The notes: a model not told the origin generated them from the letters alone. Positions 9,186 to 18,658 are shown, counted from the first letter of the stretch. The stretch is 64,000 bases of DNA from Candidatus Anderseniibacteriota bacterium (GCA_040900375.1 JBBDZC010000008.1:66182-130181); one strand, 5' to 3'. Numbers and translations: made by a program.

Positions 9186-10502
9186 CTACGTAATTTTACG
9201 CTCGGTGGGCTTAGCGGGATCAACTAAAAAACCTTTGAGATCTCGGCGACCGATAATTGCGTCGTAGTTCATGTGAGAGCGATCGACAATAAAAGCTTGA
9301 GTCTTAATGAGCCGCTCGCGTAGCTTAAGCGTCAATTCAATTACCGGCCGTGTTTGTTCGCCGAGGGCGCCGCGGACGTCTTTATGTTCTAGGATCGAGG
9401 TGTGGAGATTATATTTTTTTGCTAGAGCTTCATCAATAGTCGTGCGGTAGGCACCGGTATCAACTTTCGCTACGATCGCGTGCGCTTGCCCACTGCTGTC
9501 GAAAACTTCGATGGGCTCTTCAATACCGAGGATTGTCCGGCCCGAGATGTCTTCAATCTCTTGTTCAATGTCACTGGCAAATAAGTTCTTGGCGAGCGTT
9601 ACGCCCTTCTCGGGAGTGCTGACTTTCAGGCCTTCCACGCGGCGCAGGCGGGCTTTCAGGGGAGCCATGTTGGCAAACTGAATGCCGAGACCAGGGCGCG
9701 CATTGACTTCTAAAATCATCGGTCCATCATCACGGTCAATGGCGATATCCACGCCCGCGAAGTTAAGCCCGGTGGCCCGCGCGGTGCGTACGGCTAAGAG
9801 GAGAACCTCATTCCAGTGGGGAAGACGAATACCGGATAAGCTCAAGCGCTTCCCGGGCAGGACATCGATAATGCGCCCATGGTGGATGGCCAGCGTGGTC
9901 AGTCCGTGGACGAGATCAATACCCACGCCAATGCCCCCAGAGTGGAGATTAGCCCGGGCACCTGATTCTTCAGAGGGCAAACGCAGCATAGCCATGACGG
10001 GCACGAGGTTGTACACCAGGATGCGAATATCGGGAATGCCGCGGACGCAGTAAGGCTTCAGCTCCGCGTGGTTTTTAATCCGCTGTTCGAAAAAGGCTAC
10101 GTCAGAAATATTACCGAGTGTAAAGCTGCCATCGAGAATATCGAGTACTTGATTTTTAAGCTCGGGAATAAAAACTTCTGTTTTATCAGCTTTGACCCAG
10201 TTGCCTTTTTTATTACGCCCGAAAATTACCGTAATTCCGCCCCCGCCTGATGCGTTATTGGGCTTGAGAACGAAAGAAGAAGGTAGCTTGGTCCAGCGGA
10301 AGCGGCGGAGATCATGGCGTGATGTAATCACCCCGAATAAGCGGGGTGTGGCAATGCCTGCTTTCTGGAGGACTTTTTTTGTGATCAGTTTGTTATTCGC
10401 TGTCCGGGTGGCCGCTGGGGGGTTGACCTTGGTGATGTAATCGAGGGTGCGCGCGTTAAGACCGAGAACGTCTTTAAGATGTTTACCAAGGAAGAGGGCC
10501 AT
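9186..10502 (-). CDS. Alpha-L-glutamate ligase-like (RimK/ATP-grasp ST) protein fused to a retropepsin-like aspartyl protease
   Basis: LGLNAR..YI N-terminus, KP...SGG.GI, GIPDIRI, ANLHSGG, LEVNARPGL.IQ; C-terminal AKVDTGA...IIGR protease motif. Confidence 0.85.
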   Translation of the reverse strand: MALFLGKHLKDVLGLNARTLDYITKVNPPAATRTANNKLITKKVLQKAGIATPRLFGVITSRHDLRRFRWTKLPSSFVLKPNNASGGGGITVIFGRNKKGNWVKADKTEVFIPELKNQVLDILDGSFTLGNISDVAFFEQRIKNHAELKPYCVRGIPDIRILVYNLVPVMAMLRLPSEESGARANLHSGGIGVGIDLVHGLTTLAIHHGRIIDVLPGKRLSLSGIRLPHWNEVLLLAVRTARATGLNFAGVDIAIDRDDGPMILEVNARPGLGIQFANMAPLKARLRRVEGLKVSTPEKGVTLAKNLFASDIEQEIEDISGRTILGIEEPIEVFDSSGQAHAIVAKVDTGAYRTTIDEALAKKYNLHTSILEHKDVRGALGEQTRPVIELTLKLRERLIKTQAFIVDRSHMNYDAIIGRRDLKGFLVDPAKPTERKIT

Positions 10503-10552
10503 AGTAATGTGTCGAAGGTAGCAAATTAGCAGGTATCAGATAGGCTAGGCTG

Positions 10553-12109
10553 TTATTGACCGTAACGGAGCAACTCGCGGAAGCGAATGTATTCGGTGAG
10601 GCGCAGGCCAGTCCAACGACCGAGCAGGATATTAATCGGAATAGCGAGCAACACTATTTCTGGGTACGAGAGCAAAAAGGTTCGCAGGAGCTGCCAGCTA
10701 ACGATGAAGTAGCAAGCAATACTTAGAAAGAGAGTCCAGGCGGTAGTGGTGAGGGCCGTGCGTGCACCCGCTTTAAATTGCACCGCAATAAATTCTTCGG
10801 CGAGGATGGTGAGAATTAAAATGGGGAAGATGGAAAAGGAGAGAGTGGCAGCTCGTTCTGTGACCACGCCGAATCCTAACAGCACCAGAATTGCTAAACT
10901 GGCGTTAGTAAGGACGAGCGCCATCCGGGGCAAGTACAACATCCGGAGTCGCCGCAAAAGAACGCGCGTCAGCGTGCCCGAGAGCAGCACGACGATAAAG
11001 ACGGCTAAGCCGTACTGCAAGCCCATTACCAAGAACGATAGAGTGGTCATGGCGGGCGTGATTAAACCAAAAGCTTTAATCCCAATCACCTGACGAGCAA
11101 AAGAGAGGATGGTGGCAATGACCGGCAACATCAGAATAAGAATAATGTTGTTAATCGGGACGCCACGATTAACAAGAAAGTTGAGGCCGAACGACATAAA
11201 ATTAGTGATGCCTAAGTCGCTGACTGCGCGTTCGCTAAAGGTGCCGAGCAGCCGGTGTTCAATCGGTGATTCAAAGATAATTGTGTGGGCCTGGTCAGCC
11301 GTTGTTGTGCTGTAGAGGAGGCCGAGTGCTTCAGGGCGAGTGAGTAAGACGTAGGCGGGATGGAGTAGTCCGAAGACGGATTGGGCCGTACGGGAGAGCA
11401 CCCCCAGGCGCGTTTCTGAAAGAATGATGATTCCCTTGCTCTCAATCGAGAGGTCAGTGGCGGAGAGGTTGGCGGTTTGTTGCCGTAGATGCTGGGCAAA
11501 CTTTGACAGGACGTTAGGGCCGACGCCGCCGGATGTCCAAGCAACCACGAGGTGAGCTTGCGCTAGCTCATTACGGGCATCGAGGAGTTGTTGTGTGAGT
11601 TCTTCTTCAATTAAAACTTCTGGACCACTGCTGCGGGCTTTGAGCACTAACAATAATAGGCCTTGCTCTGCCGCTTGTTGTTGACTTAACTGCAGTTGGT
11701 CTTCGGAAGCACTGGCATCGGCCAGGAGCACGACTACACGGTCGAAGACACGCACCTCCGTTGTATCTTCGCTTTGTCCCTGGTCAGCGGTAATGGTGAG
11801 TTTGACTTGATAGATGCCTGATTGTTGGTAGGTATGAGTTACCTTATCGCCCGTCGTGCGAATGCCATCGCCAAAGTCCCACAGAACTTCTTGGATTTGT
11901 GTTGCCTCGGGCACTACCGAGAGGGTCGTATCAAAAGTAATTGGTTTATCTACTAGGGTGCTTCGCGCTGAACCAATGACTGCTTGGAGGGGGGGTTGTT
12001 GCTCTGCCTCGTCCTCGGGCGGATTAGCTTGAGCAAAGACTAAGACAGGGAATATGAGTATTCCGGCTATAAAGAGAGCGCAGCTATATTGTAGTCGTTG
12101 AGCGATCAT
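10553..12109 (-). CDS. PKD-domain plus 7TM (7TM_transglut-like) membrane protein
   Basis: Signal peptide, PKD motif WDFGDG...HTY..G.Y.V.LT, C-terminal RQVIGIKAFG...FPILIL...GRWTGLRLTEY.RF typical of 7TM_transglut; co-oriented with the ATP-grasp gene. Confidence 0.8.
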   Translation of the reverse strand: MIAQRLQYSCALFIAGILIFPVLVFAQANPPEDEAEQQPPLQAVIGSARSTLVDKPITFDTTLSVVPEATQIQEVLWDFGDGIRTTGDKVTHTYQQSGIYQVKLTITADQGQSEDTTEVRVFDRVVVLLADASASEDQLQLSQQQAAEQGLLLLVLKARSSGPEVLIEEELTQQLLDARNELAQAHLVVAWTSGGVGPNVLSKFAQHLRQQTANLSATDLSIESKGIIILSETRLGVLSRTAQSVFGLLHPAYVLLTRPEALGLLYSTTTADQAHTIIFESPIEHRLLGTFSERAVSDLGITNFMSFGLNFLVNRGVPINNIILILMLPVIATILSFARQVIGIKAFGLITPAMTTLSFLVMGLQYGLAVFIVVLLSGTLTRVLLRRLRMLYLPRMALVLTNASLAILVLLGFGVVTERAATLSFSIFPILILTILAEEFIAVQFKAGARTALTTTAWTLFLSIACYFIVSWQLLRTFLLSYPEIVLLAIPINILLGRWTGLRLTEYIRFRELLRYGQ

Positions 12110-12124
12110 GGGGAGATCTTAAAT

Positions 12125-12604
12125 TTAGCGGGCGATTGATAATGATTCTTCGGTTAGGCAGAGTGCGGCCGCGAGCGCGTCGGCGGCATCGTCAGGTTGG
12201 GGGACAGTGGGAAGTTTAAGCCGTCGTGTTACTAACGTCTGAACTTGCTGTTTATCGGCCGCCCCATACCCGGTGAGTCGCGATTTAATTTGGAGAGGCG
12301 TTAAAGTGTGGACGGGAATACGGTGTTGGCGCAGGATATAGAGCAGCACACCACTTGTTTGGGCCGTGATGATAGCCGTCTTGCTATTGGCCCCAAAGAA
12401 GACTGTCTCGACAACAGCATGATCTGGTTTATAGGTTGTTAGTAATGTTGTCAAATCCTGACCAATGGTCCATAACCGATCGGGTGTGGCCTCATGGGAG
12501 GGGGTAGTTAAGCAACCACAGCGTACAAAGGACTGGGCAACGGTGGTGTTAATTACGCCAAACCCCGTGCGGGCAATCCCGGGATCTAAGCCAAGTATCA
12601 CCAT
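12125..12604 (-). CDS. ruvC: Holliday junction resolvase RuvC
   Basis: ILGLDPG, VE..FF, GYG.ADK.QV, PDDAADALA. Confidence 0.97.
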   Translation of the reverse strand: MVILGLDPGIARTGFGVINTTVAQSFVRCGCLTTPSHEATPDRLWTIGQDLTTLLTTYKPDHAVVETVFFGANSKTAIITAQTSGVLLYILRQHRIPVHTLTPLQIKSRLTGYGAADKQQVQTLVTRRLKLPTVPQPDDAADALAAALCLTEESLSIAR

Positions 12605-12695
12605 ATCTTAAAGTGTCGTTACCTAAAGAGTGCGAGCTTTCTGGTAGTGTACCTTTCTTTCAGGGTAAGCACCACGACCTTTTAGTGAGTCAGTT

Positions 12696-12856
12696 TTAAT
12701 AATAGTTAGCATAGACGGCGATTACGTCACTATGTTGTTCGAGGGCGCGCAGTAGCTGATTGACTGCCTGCTTGAGCCGCGAGGGTAATATCTCGTTTTA
12801 CTGTCAGTGGCGGCTTTCTTGTGCTTAATTTGGTGACACTTAGTATGACCTGACAT
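12696..12856 (-). pseudogene. yebC: yebC/pmpR remnant with a large internal deletion and frameshift
   Basis: ATG at 12856 reads MSGHTKCHQIKHKKAATDSK (YebC N-terminus); a second frame ends ...QAVNQLLRALEQHSDVIAVYANYY* (YebC C-terminus); located immediately upstream of ruvC, the usual yebC position. Confidence 0.85.
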
Positions 12857-12867
12857 GGCCGGCAGAC

Positions 12868-13578
12868 TTAGGGCGCGCGCAGCGGCCCAAAAATTTCCCG
12901 GACTTCTTGATGACGGGCAGAGACAGTGGTGTTGTGCAGTTGCGCCTTAGCGCCCACGGCTACAACCCCGTCACGCGCTCCGTTAATGCGGCTGTCTATC
13001 AGCTGACAATGATTGGAGGTGGTATACACCCCCACCGAGCCGCGCTGAATCTGCACCGCCTGGGCTGTCACTACACTGTCGGCAAGACAGCTGATTGCCG
13101 GTGAAGCGTCGCTGATATGTACGGCGTCGAGTTGGCCTTCGCTCTGGGCGGTAAATATCAGACCTGACCACGCTTGGTTCTCCGGGTGAACTTCATTGCT
13201 GGCCAGGATTATTGGTTGGGCGCGACTACCGCGCGCTTGGAGTTTACCAGTAATGATTAAGCCAGCAAATTCGTGAAAATATAGTTGGGTTCCGGGCGCG
13301 AGCGTCAACGTCGCGCCGGGAGCGACGTGTGTCTGGCTACTGACTAAGACAGGATTATCGGCGGCGGTGAGAGCTAGGTCTGCCTGGATGACAGGTGGCA
13401 GGTAAGTACCAAGGGCGTGACGAGGGGTGTGGCGGTTAGGCTCTTCTTCTAAGAAAGGAATAGCCAGACGATTTTGCCAGACCTGGGGATGCGCGCGCTC
13501 GAACCAGATGATGCCGGGAATCGAGAGCACGGCGAGTGCTAATAGTAGTGATGTAATAGAGAAGGGGTTTTTAGACAT
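12868..13578 (-). CDS. Membrane-anchored parallel beta-helix (pectin-lyase-like fold) hypothetical protein
   Basis: N-terminal TM, then L...GATLTL.PGT...G.L.A.G....PI...S...W.G motif and short beta-helix repeats; start moved to ATG 13578 (ORF track 13617). Confidence 0.65.
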   Translation of the reverse strand: MSKNPFSITSLLLALAVLSIPGIIWFERAHPQVWQNRLAIPFLEEEPNRHTPRHALGTYLPPVIQADLALTAADNPVLVSSQTHVAPGATLTLAPGTQLYFHEFAGLIITGKLQARGSRAQPIILASNEVHPENQAWSGLIFTAQSEGQLDAVHISDASPAISCLADSVVTAQAVQIQRGSVGVYTTSNHCQLIDSRINGARDGVVAVGAKAQLHNTTVSARHQEVREIFGPLRAP

Positions 13579-13619
13579 ACCATGATAGTTGTCTATAATA
13601 GTATACCGTGCATACATGC

Positions 13620-13752
13620 AAAAAATCTTCTACTAATAACTGTAGACATGAGAAGGAAAGTGTCGAGGAACTCTGTCGTGACGAGCACCACAGAAGCCCG
13701 AACTGGGCACAAACCCCACAAAAGCAATGCCTACAGTTATTAATAGAAGAAC
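13620..13752 (-). ncRNA. Candidate structured small RNA (~130 nt)
   Basis: 24-bp closing stem (13727-13750 with 13626-13649) whose two mismatches are G-U only on the minus strand; two internal hairpins; U6 tail; TTGACA-17-TAAGGT promoter immediately upstream. Confidence 0.7.
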
Positions 13753-13757
13753 TCCCT

Positions 13758-13786
13758 ACCTTAGCCTGCCGAGGGGGTAGTGTCAA
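13758..13786 (-). promoter_or_regulatory. Sigma70-type promoter for the candidate sRNA
   Basis: Minus strand TTGACA (13786-13781), 17-bp spacer, TAAGGT (13763-13758). Confidence 0.7.
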
Positions 13787-13830
13787 CGATGGCAGCGGCA
13801 GGGCGGCGGCAGGGAGTGTATACTAAAACT

Positions 13831-14856
13831 ATGGCTATCGAAGAAGCAAAAATGACAGCCGTGACGCCTATAGCGGCAGACGATGACCGCGCCCTCGATG
13901 CGACGCTGCGGCCCCGCCGTCTCGGGGAGTTTATTGGCCAGGTGCAGCTTAAAAAGTCCTTGAGTATTTTTTTAGCGGCGGCGCGGGAACGCGGGGAGGC
14001 GCTCGAGCATGTGCTCTTGGCCGGCCCCCCAGGGTTGGGGAAGACCAGCTTGGCGCAGATTATTGCCCGTGAACTAGGGACAAATATCCGTGTCACGGCT
14101 GGCCCGGCTTTAACTAAAATTGCCGACCTGGCTGGTATTCTCACTAATTTACAGTCGGGTGATGTTCTCTTTATTGATGAGATGCATCGGCTGCAGCGTT
14201 CCATCGAAGAGGTGCTCTATCCGGCCATGGAAGATTTTGCTTTAGATTTAGTGGTGGGCCAGGGGCCGGGGGCCAAGACGCTGCGACTTGATTTACCGCC
14301 TTTTACGCTGGTGGGCGCAACCACGCGGGTGGGTATGCTCGGCGCGCCGCTCCGTGATCGTTTTGGTATGACGTACCGCTTGTCGTTTTACAGTGAAGAG
14401 GAAATGCAGGCAATTCTCAAACGATCAGCGCAGCTTCTCGGCATTCAAGTGGCGCCAGACGCGCTGCTGGAGATTGCCGGGCGCTGTCGGCGGACGCCGC
14501 GCATTGGCAATCGCTTGCTCAAGCGGGTGCGCGACTACGCCCAGGTTAAAAAGCGCGCCACCATTACTCGTGAGCTGGTTCAGGAGGCCCTCGAGCTCCT
14601 CGAAGTCGACGAGCGCGGGTTAGACATTATTGACCGCCGCGTCCTCCAGGCAATGATCGAGCAGTTTAGCGGCGGGCCGGTGGGGCTGCAAACACTCGCC
14701 GCCGTAACGGCCGAAGAACAACACACGCTAGAAGAGGTTGTTGAGCCTTTTCTGCTGCAGTGCGGCTTCATTCAGCGGACGCCGCGAGGGCGCCTGGTAA
14801 CCCCAGCGGGGTTTGCGCACTTTGATGGCGCTGATCGACCGGGTACGCTGCTGTAG
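13831..14856 (+). CDS. ruvB: Holliday junction branch-migration ATPase RuvB
   Basis: [42 protein letters not shown]; start ATG 13831 preceded by TATACT-N6. Confidence 0.98.
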   Translation: MAIEEAKMTAVTPIAADDDRALDATLRPRRLGEFIGQVQLKKSLSIFLAAARERGEALEHVLLAGPPGLGKTSLAQIIARELGTNIRVTAGPALTKIADLAGILTNLQSGDVLFIDEMHRLQRSIEEVLYPAMEDFALDLVVGQGPGAKTLRLDLPPFTLVGATTRVGMLGAPLRDRFGMTYRLSFYSEEEMQAILKRSAQLLGIQVAPDALLEIAGRCRRTPRIGNRLLKRVRDYAQVKKRATITRELVQEALELLEVDERGLDIIDRRVLQAMIEQFSGGPVGLQTLAAVTAEEQHTLEEVVEPFLLQCGFIQRTPRGRLVTPAGFAHFDGADRPGTLL

Positions 14857-14871
14857 TTAGTCAATCAATTT

Positions 14872-15387
14872 ATGGGCTCTCGTTACCGGGTACTGACTGT
14901 TGCCAATATTATTACCCTCGGCCGCCTGGGGTTACTGGGCTGGCTTGTTGTTATGGTGGGGCGGGGTGATGTCCTGGGGGCCGCTGCGGTGTTTCTCGTG
15001 GCCTGGGCGCTCGATGCGGTTGATGGCGCCTTTGCCCGTGCCTGGCGGCAGGAGACAAAAGTCGGCTATCTCTTTGATAAAATTGTTGACCGCTTGCTGC
15101 TCGTGGGTGGCGGGTTGCTGTTTATTAGCGAAGGGTTACTGCCGACGATAGCGCTCCTGCTTTTCACTAAAGATGTGGCGGCGGCGCCGGCCGCGCACAT
15201 TCAAATGAGAGCGGGTGATGACAAAGTCGGGAGCGGCTGGGCAGGTAAGGTGAGTACGCTGCTCCAGGGCTTAAGCATTGTCTGGTTACTTCTTGTTGAT
15301 CGGTATGAATTTTCCGTGATCATAGCCGTCGCGCTCTTTGGCGGCATTGTTGGGACACTGCACTTGTACCGTGTGGTATATAAATAA
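14872..15387 (+). CDS. CDP-alcohol phosphatidyltransferase (PgsA-like)
   Basis: AN.IT..R and D.VDG.FAR...QET.VG..FD..VD signature. Confidence 0.88.
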   Translation: MGSRYRVLTVANIITLGRLGLLGWLVVMVGRGDVLGAAAVFLVAWALDAVDGAFARAWRQETKVGYLFDKIVDRLLLVGGGLLFISEGLLPTIALLLFTKDVAAAPAAHIQMRAGDDKVGSGWAGKVSTLLQGLSIVWLLLVDRYEFSVIIAVALFGGIVGTLHLYRVVYK

Positions 15388-15421
15388 TTTTTGATAGTTA
15401 TGTCGGGACGGTATACTTAAG

Positions 15422-15443
15422 TTATCCACATCCCTGTGGATAA
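15422..15443. promoter_or_regulatory. Inverted pair of perfect DnaA boxes
   Basis: TTATCCACA-tccc-TGTGGATAA, upstream of a TGATATAGT extended -10 and the LTD gene. Confidence 0.7.
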
Positions 15444-15513
15444 TATTTCTGCGCTATTGACCCCATAGTGATATAGTTAGGAGTAGTTAAAAAACAAACA
15501 TTCAAGTATAAAT

Positions 15514-17550
15514 ATGTGGCGAGGTAATCGGTTATTGCGAAGATGCCGGTTAGGGAGGCTCACGGTACAACACTGCCCTAGTTTGATGTTTCGATACGGC
15601 CCGAGTGCCGTATTTTTGTTGCTTGTAGTTTTTGCGCCGGCAGTCCGCGCGGCTGGTACTGGCCCCGTCATTATTAATGAGATTATGTGGGATGGAGTTG
15701 AGTATCTTGAGCTCTTTAATATCACGACTGCCGATATTGTTCTGGCGGGGTGGTCACTCCAACGTCAGCAGCCAGGCGGCGTGCCCAAGACAATTGTGAA
15801 TTTTCCCGCTGGTAGTGTCATCAGCGCCCAGGGGTATTACCTCATCGAGAAACAGGAAGCGGCAACACTGGCAGCGGCTGATCTTGTCGTGCCGGGATTG
15901 ACGCTGCTCAACGCTGGCGAACTGGTAACGCTCCTCCAGGCAGAGGGTAGCACTGTTGATGTTGCTAATCAGCTTGGCAGTTGGTTCGCGGGGGAAAACA
16001 ACGACACGGGCACGGCCATGGAGCGGTCTCGCGCTGCCGACGGCACCGTGGCCGATAACTGGCATACCTCTACTGCCAGTGGTGAACGCGGGGGGACACC
16101 GCGGGCGTCTAATAGTATACCGGTAGTCAATACCGCCCCCACGGCTGTTATTACGGCAGCGGCAACTGGCTTCGTTGGAGAATCTTTAAACTTCTCCGCT
16201 GAAGATTCCAGTGATCCTGAAGCCGATGAGCTTACCTATGACTGGTCGTGGGATGATGGTACTACGGATACGGGAGCCACAGTAATGCACGTGTTCAGCC
16301 AGGCAGGAACTTACACTATCCGGCTCACTGTCAGCGATGGAACAGAAGAAGATGAAGCAGTGCAGAATGTTGTGATTACCACCCCGGTCTATCCCGACAC
16401 GATTGTCATTAATGAATTTTTGCCCAATCCGGTAGGCGCTGATACCGCCGGCGAGTTCATCGAGCTTAAAAATATCGGCTCGGCTGCGGTGGTCCTGGCA
16501 GGCTGGCAACTTGACGATGCCGTCGGCGGCAGTTCAACCTTTACCATCGGTGCGGGCACGAGCTTGGGTGCGGGCGCTATTATTTCGTTGGCGCGGACGG
16601 AGACTAACCTGGCGCTCAACAACACCCAGGATACCGTTCGCCTACTTGATCCTGCGGGAGTAGTTAAATCTTCCTTTACTTACACGAGTGCGCCTGAAGG
16701 GCAGTCATATAATCACACAGGAGTAACATATAGTTTGAGTACCACGGTGACACCCGGACAAGAAAATCGCGTGACGGTCCCGGTAGAGAGTGATGATGAA
16801 GAAGAGGCAGAAGAAGCGGAAGATGGTGACAATCCGGCAGTGGCTGGCCGGGTGGCGGGTGCGGCCGTGAAGACGGTCGCGCTTGCGGATGTGCGCGAGG
16901 AAGAGCCCGGTACGTTGGTGCAGACAGAAGGCGTGGTCAGCGCGCCGCCGGGGATCGTGGGTGCTAAGCTCTTGTACTTAGCAGGCTCGGGTATCCAGGT
17001 CTATTTCACAGCCGGTGATGTACTGGCACTCAAGCTGGGCGATCGAGTAAAACTTACGGGGAGCCTTAGCTCCTACCAGGAGGAGACACGACTGAAAGTC
17101 GCCGGGACAGATATTACGAAAGTACATAGTGGGGAGCCACCGCTACCGCATCAGTTCGAAACGGGCGCGATCGATGAAGCGGCGGAGGGATCCCTGGTGA
17201 TTATCCAAGGCCACGTCACCGAAACTAGCGGTGATACCTTTTATGTTGACGATGGCAGTGGCGAAGTCAAAATTTTCATTCCTAAGACAACGAAAATTGA
17301 TAAGCCACCAATGAAACAGGGAATGGCAGTAACAATTACCGGTGTCGTTTCCCAAACGCGATCAGGCTACCGCATCTTGCCGCGTTTTCAAGAAGATATT
17401 CGGCTTGGTTTAGTGGCGGGGCTGACGACCTTTCCCGCTACTGGTCGGATACCGGCGGGTATGTTGGGCTTGGGCGTTGTTATCTTTTACCTGCTGCAAC
17501 AAGCCCAGCGAGCGCGGGAACCGCTCCTGCCGCGAAGCAGGATTGCGTAA
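15514..17550 (+). CDS. Secreted lamin-tail-domain (LTD)-PKD-LTD-OB-fold surface protein with C-terminal anchor
   Basis: Two VINE..(P)...EFIEL.N LTD starts, PKD WSWDDG..H.F...G.Y, two OB-like modules (GDRVKLTG, FYVDDGSGEV, VTITGVV), FPATG-TM-basic tail; likely start ATG 15587. Confidence 0.8.
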   Translation: MWRGNRLLRRCRLGRLTVQHCPSLMFRYGPSAVFLLLVVFAPAVRAAGTGPVIINEIMWDGVEYLELFNITTADIVLAGWSLQRQQPGGVPKTIVNFPAGSVISAQGYYLIEKQEAATLAAADLVVPGLTLLNAGELVTLLQAEGSTVDVANQLGSWFAGENNDTGTAMERSRAADGTVADNWHTSTASGERGGTPRASNSIPVVNTAPTAVITAAATGFVGESLNFSAEDSSDPEADELTYDWSWDDGTTDTGATVMHVFSQAGTYTIRLTVSDGTEEDEAVQNVVITTPVYPDTIVINEFLPNPVGADTAGEFIELKNIGSAAVVLAGWQLDDAVGGSSTFTIGAGTSLGAGAIISLARTETNLALNNTQDTVRLLDPAGVVKSSFTYTSAPEGQSYNHTGVTYSLSTTVTPGQENRVTVPVESDDEEEAEEAEDGDNPAVAGRVAGAAVKTVALADVREEEPGTLVQTEGVVSAPPGIVGAKLLYLAGSGIQVYFTAGDVLALKLGDRVKLTGSLSSYQEETRLKVAGTDITKVHSGEPPLPHQFETGAIDEAAEGSLVIIQGHVTETSGDTFYVDDGSGEVKIFIPKTTKIDKPPMKQGMAVTITGVVSQTRSGYRILPRFQEDIRLGLVAGLTTFPATGRIPAGMLGLGVVIFYLLQQAQRAREPLLPRSRIA

Positions 17551-17611
17551 GCGGCGGCAAGTCCTCTAGCTTCACATTATATCGCGTTCTTCTCTATACT
17601 GACTGCAATCT

Positions 17612-18658
17612 ATGACTGCGGGTAAAAAAACTGCACTAGCGAAGCCACGAGTGGTGGTCTTGGGTGGCGGCAACGGTACCTCGCGCCTATTGCGGGCCTT
17701 GTTGCCGCGTCTTAATCAGGGCGAATTGGAGTCGCTCTACGCCTTGATTCATATGTCTGACGATGGGGGTTCTACGGGCCGGTTGCGGGAACAGTACGGC
17801 GTGGCGGCTATGGGTGATTTAACGCGGTGTCTGATGGCCTTGAGTACTTTTCAGGGAGACATACGTGGTGATGAATTTTTGCGGGCGCTGGAGTATCGCT
17901 TTACCGCCGGAGATTTTACGGGGCATACACTGCGTAATATTTTTTTAACGGCGCTGGCAATGACGAGTGATATTGATACGGCGCTGGCGACTATGGCGCG
18001 TATTTTACAGGTGCCTAAGTACGCCGGGGCGGTGCCAACCACGCTGACAACCTTAACAGCACAAGCAGTGATTACCTTCGATGGGGCGTCTAATCTCCTG
18101 GGGGAAGGTGAGTACTCAATCGCGCACAAGGTTAACATGCAAGCTGACCCGCGCTGGCAGCCCGGCGCGGTTAAAGTTCAATTTGCTGAAGGTGATGTGC
18201 CGCTCAATCCGCGCGCCGCGGAAATTTTGCGCCACGCGACGCACATTATTGTTGCCCCTGGTCATACCTATGGCACCATCTTACCGACTTTGGCTCTGCC
18301 CGCCTTGCAACGCGCAATTACTGACAGCCCGGCGAAAATCTACGTGGTGATGACGCTCTTGACGACACCGCGGCAGACGGTCGGGTGGAGTGGTGAAGAT
18401 TTTGTGCGGGTTTATGAGTCATACTTAGGGCGGGCCGTCACCGCCGTGATTGCTAACCGCGGCGAGGCCCCGGTTAAACTAGTAGCCGGCCAAGAATGGG
18501 TGACGTTCAAAGAACAAGAACATCCCTATCAACTGCTCCAGGCAGCGGTGGTTAATACGCTGACGCCAACGGAGCAGCCAGGTGACCGGGTGCCGCGGGC
18601 TATAGTTGTCCACGACAGTGCCAAAATTGGCACGCTCTTGGCGCAACTTTTGCAGTAA
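17612..18658 (+). CDS. YvcK/GlmR (CofD-like) family protein
   Basis: VVVLGGGNG, DDGGSTG.LR, GD...CL.AL, GH.L.N, PG..YG.ILP. Confidence 0.9.
   Translation: MTAGKKTALAKPRVVVLGGGNGTSRLLRALLPRLNQGELESLYALIHMSDDGGSTGRLREQYGVAAMGDLTRCLMALSTFQGDIRGDEFLRALEYRFTAGDFTGHTLRNIFLTALAMTSDIDTALATMARILQVPKYAGAVPTTLTTLTAQAVITFDGASNLLGEGEYSIAHKVNMQADPRWQPGAVKVQFAEGDVPLNPRAAEILRHATHIIVAPGHTYGTILPTLALPALQRAITDSPAKIYVVMTLLTTPRQTVGWSGEDFVRVYESYLGRAVTAVIANRGEAPVKLVAGQEWVTFKEQEHPYQLLQAAVVNTLTPTEQPGDRVPRAIVVHDSAKIGTLLAQLLQ

Noticed and set aside
13608-13826. 72-aa and 71-aa ORFs over the ruvB upstream region
   Set aside because: No SD or motif; the region is better explained by the structured RNA and divergent promoters
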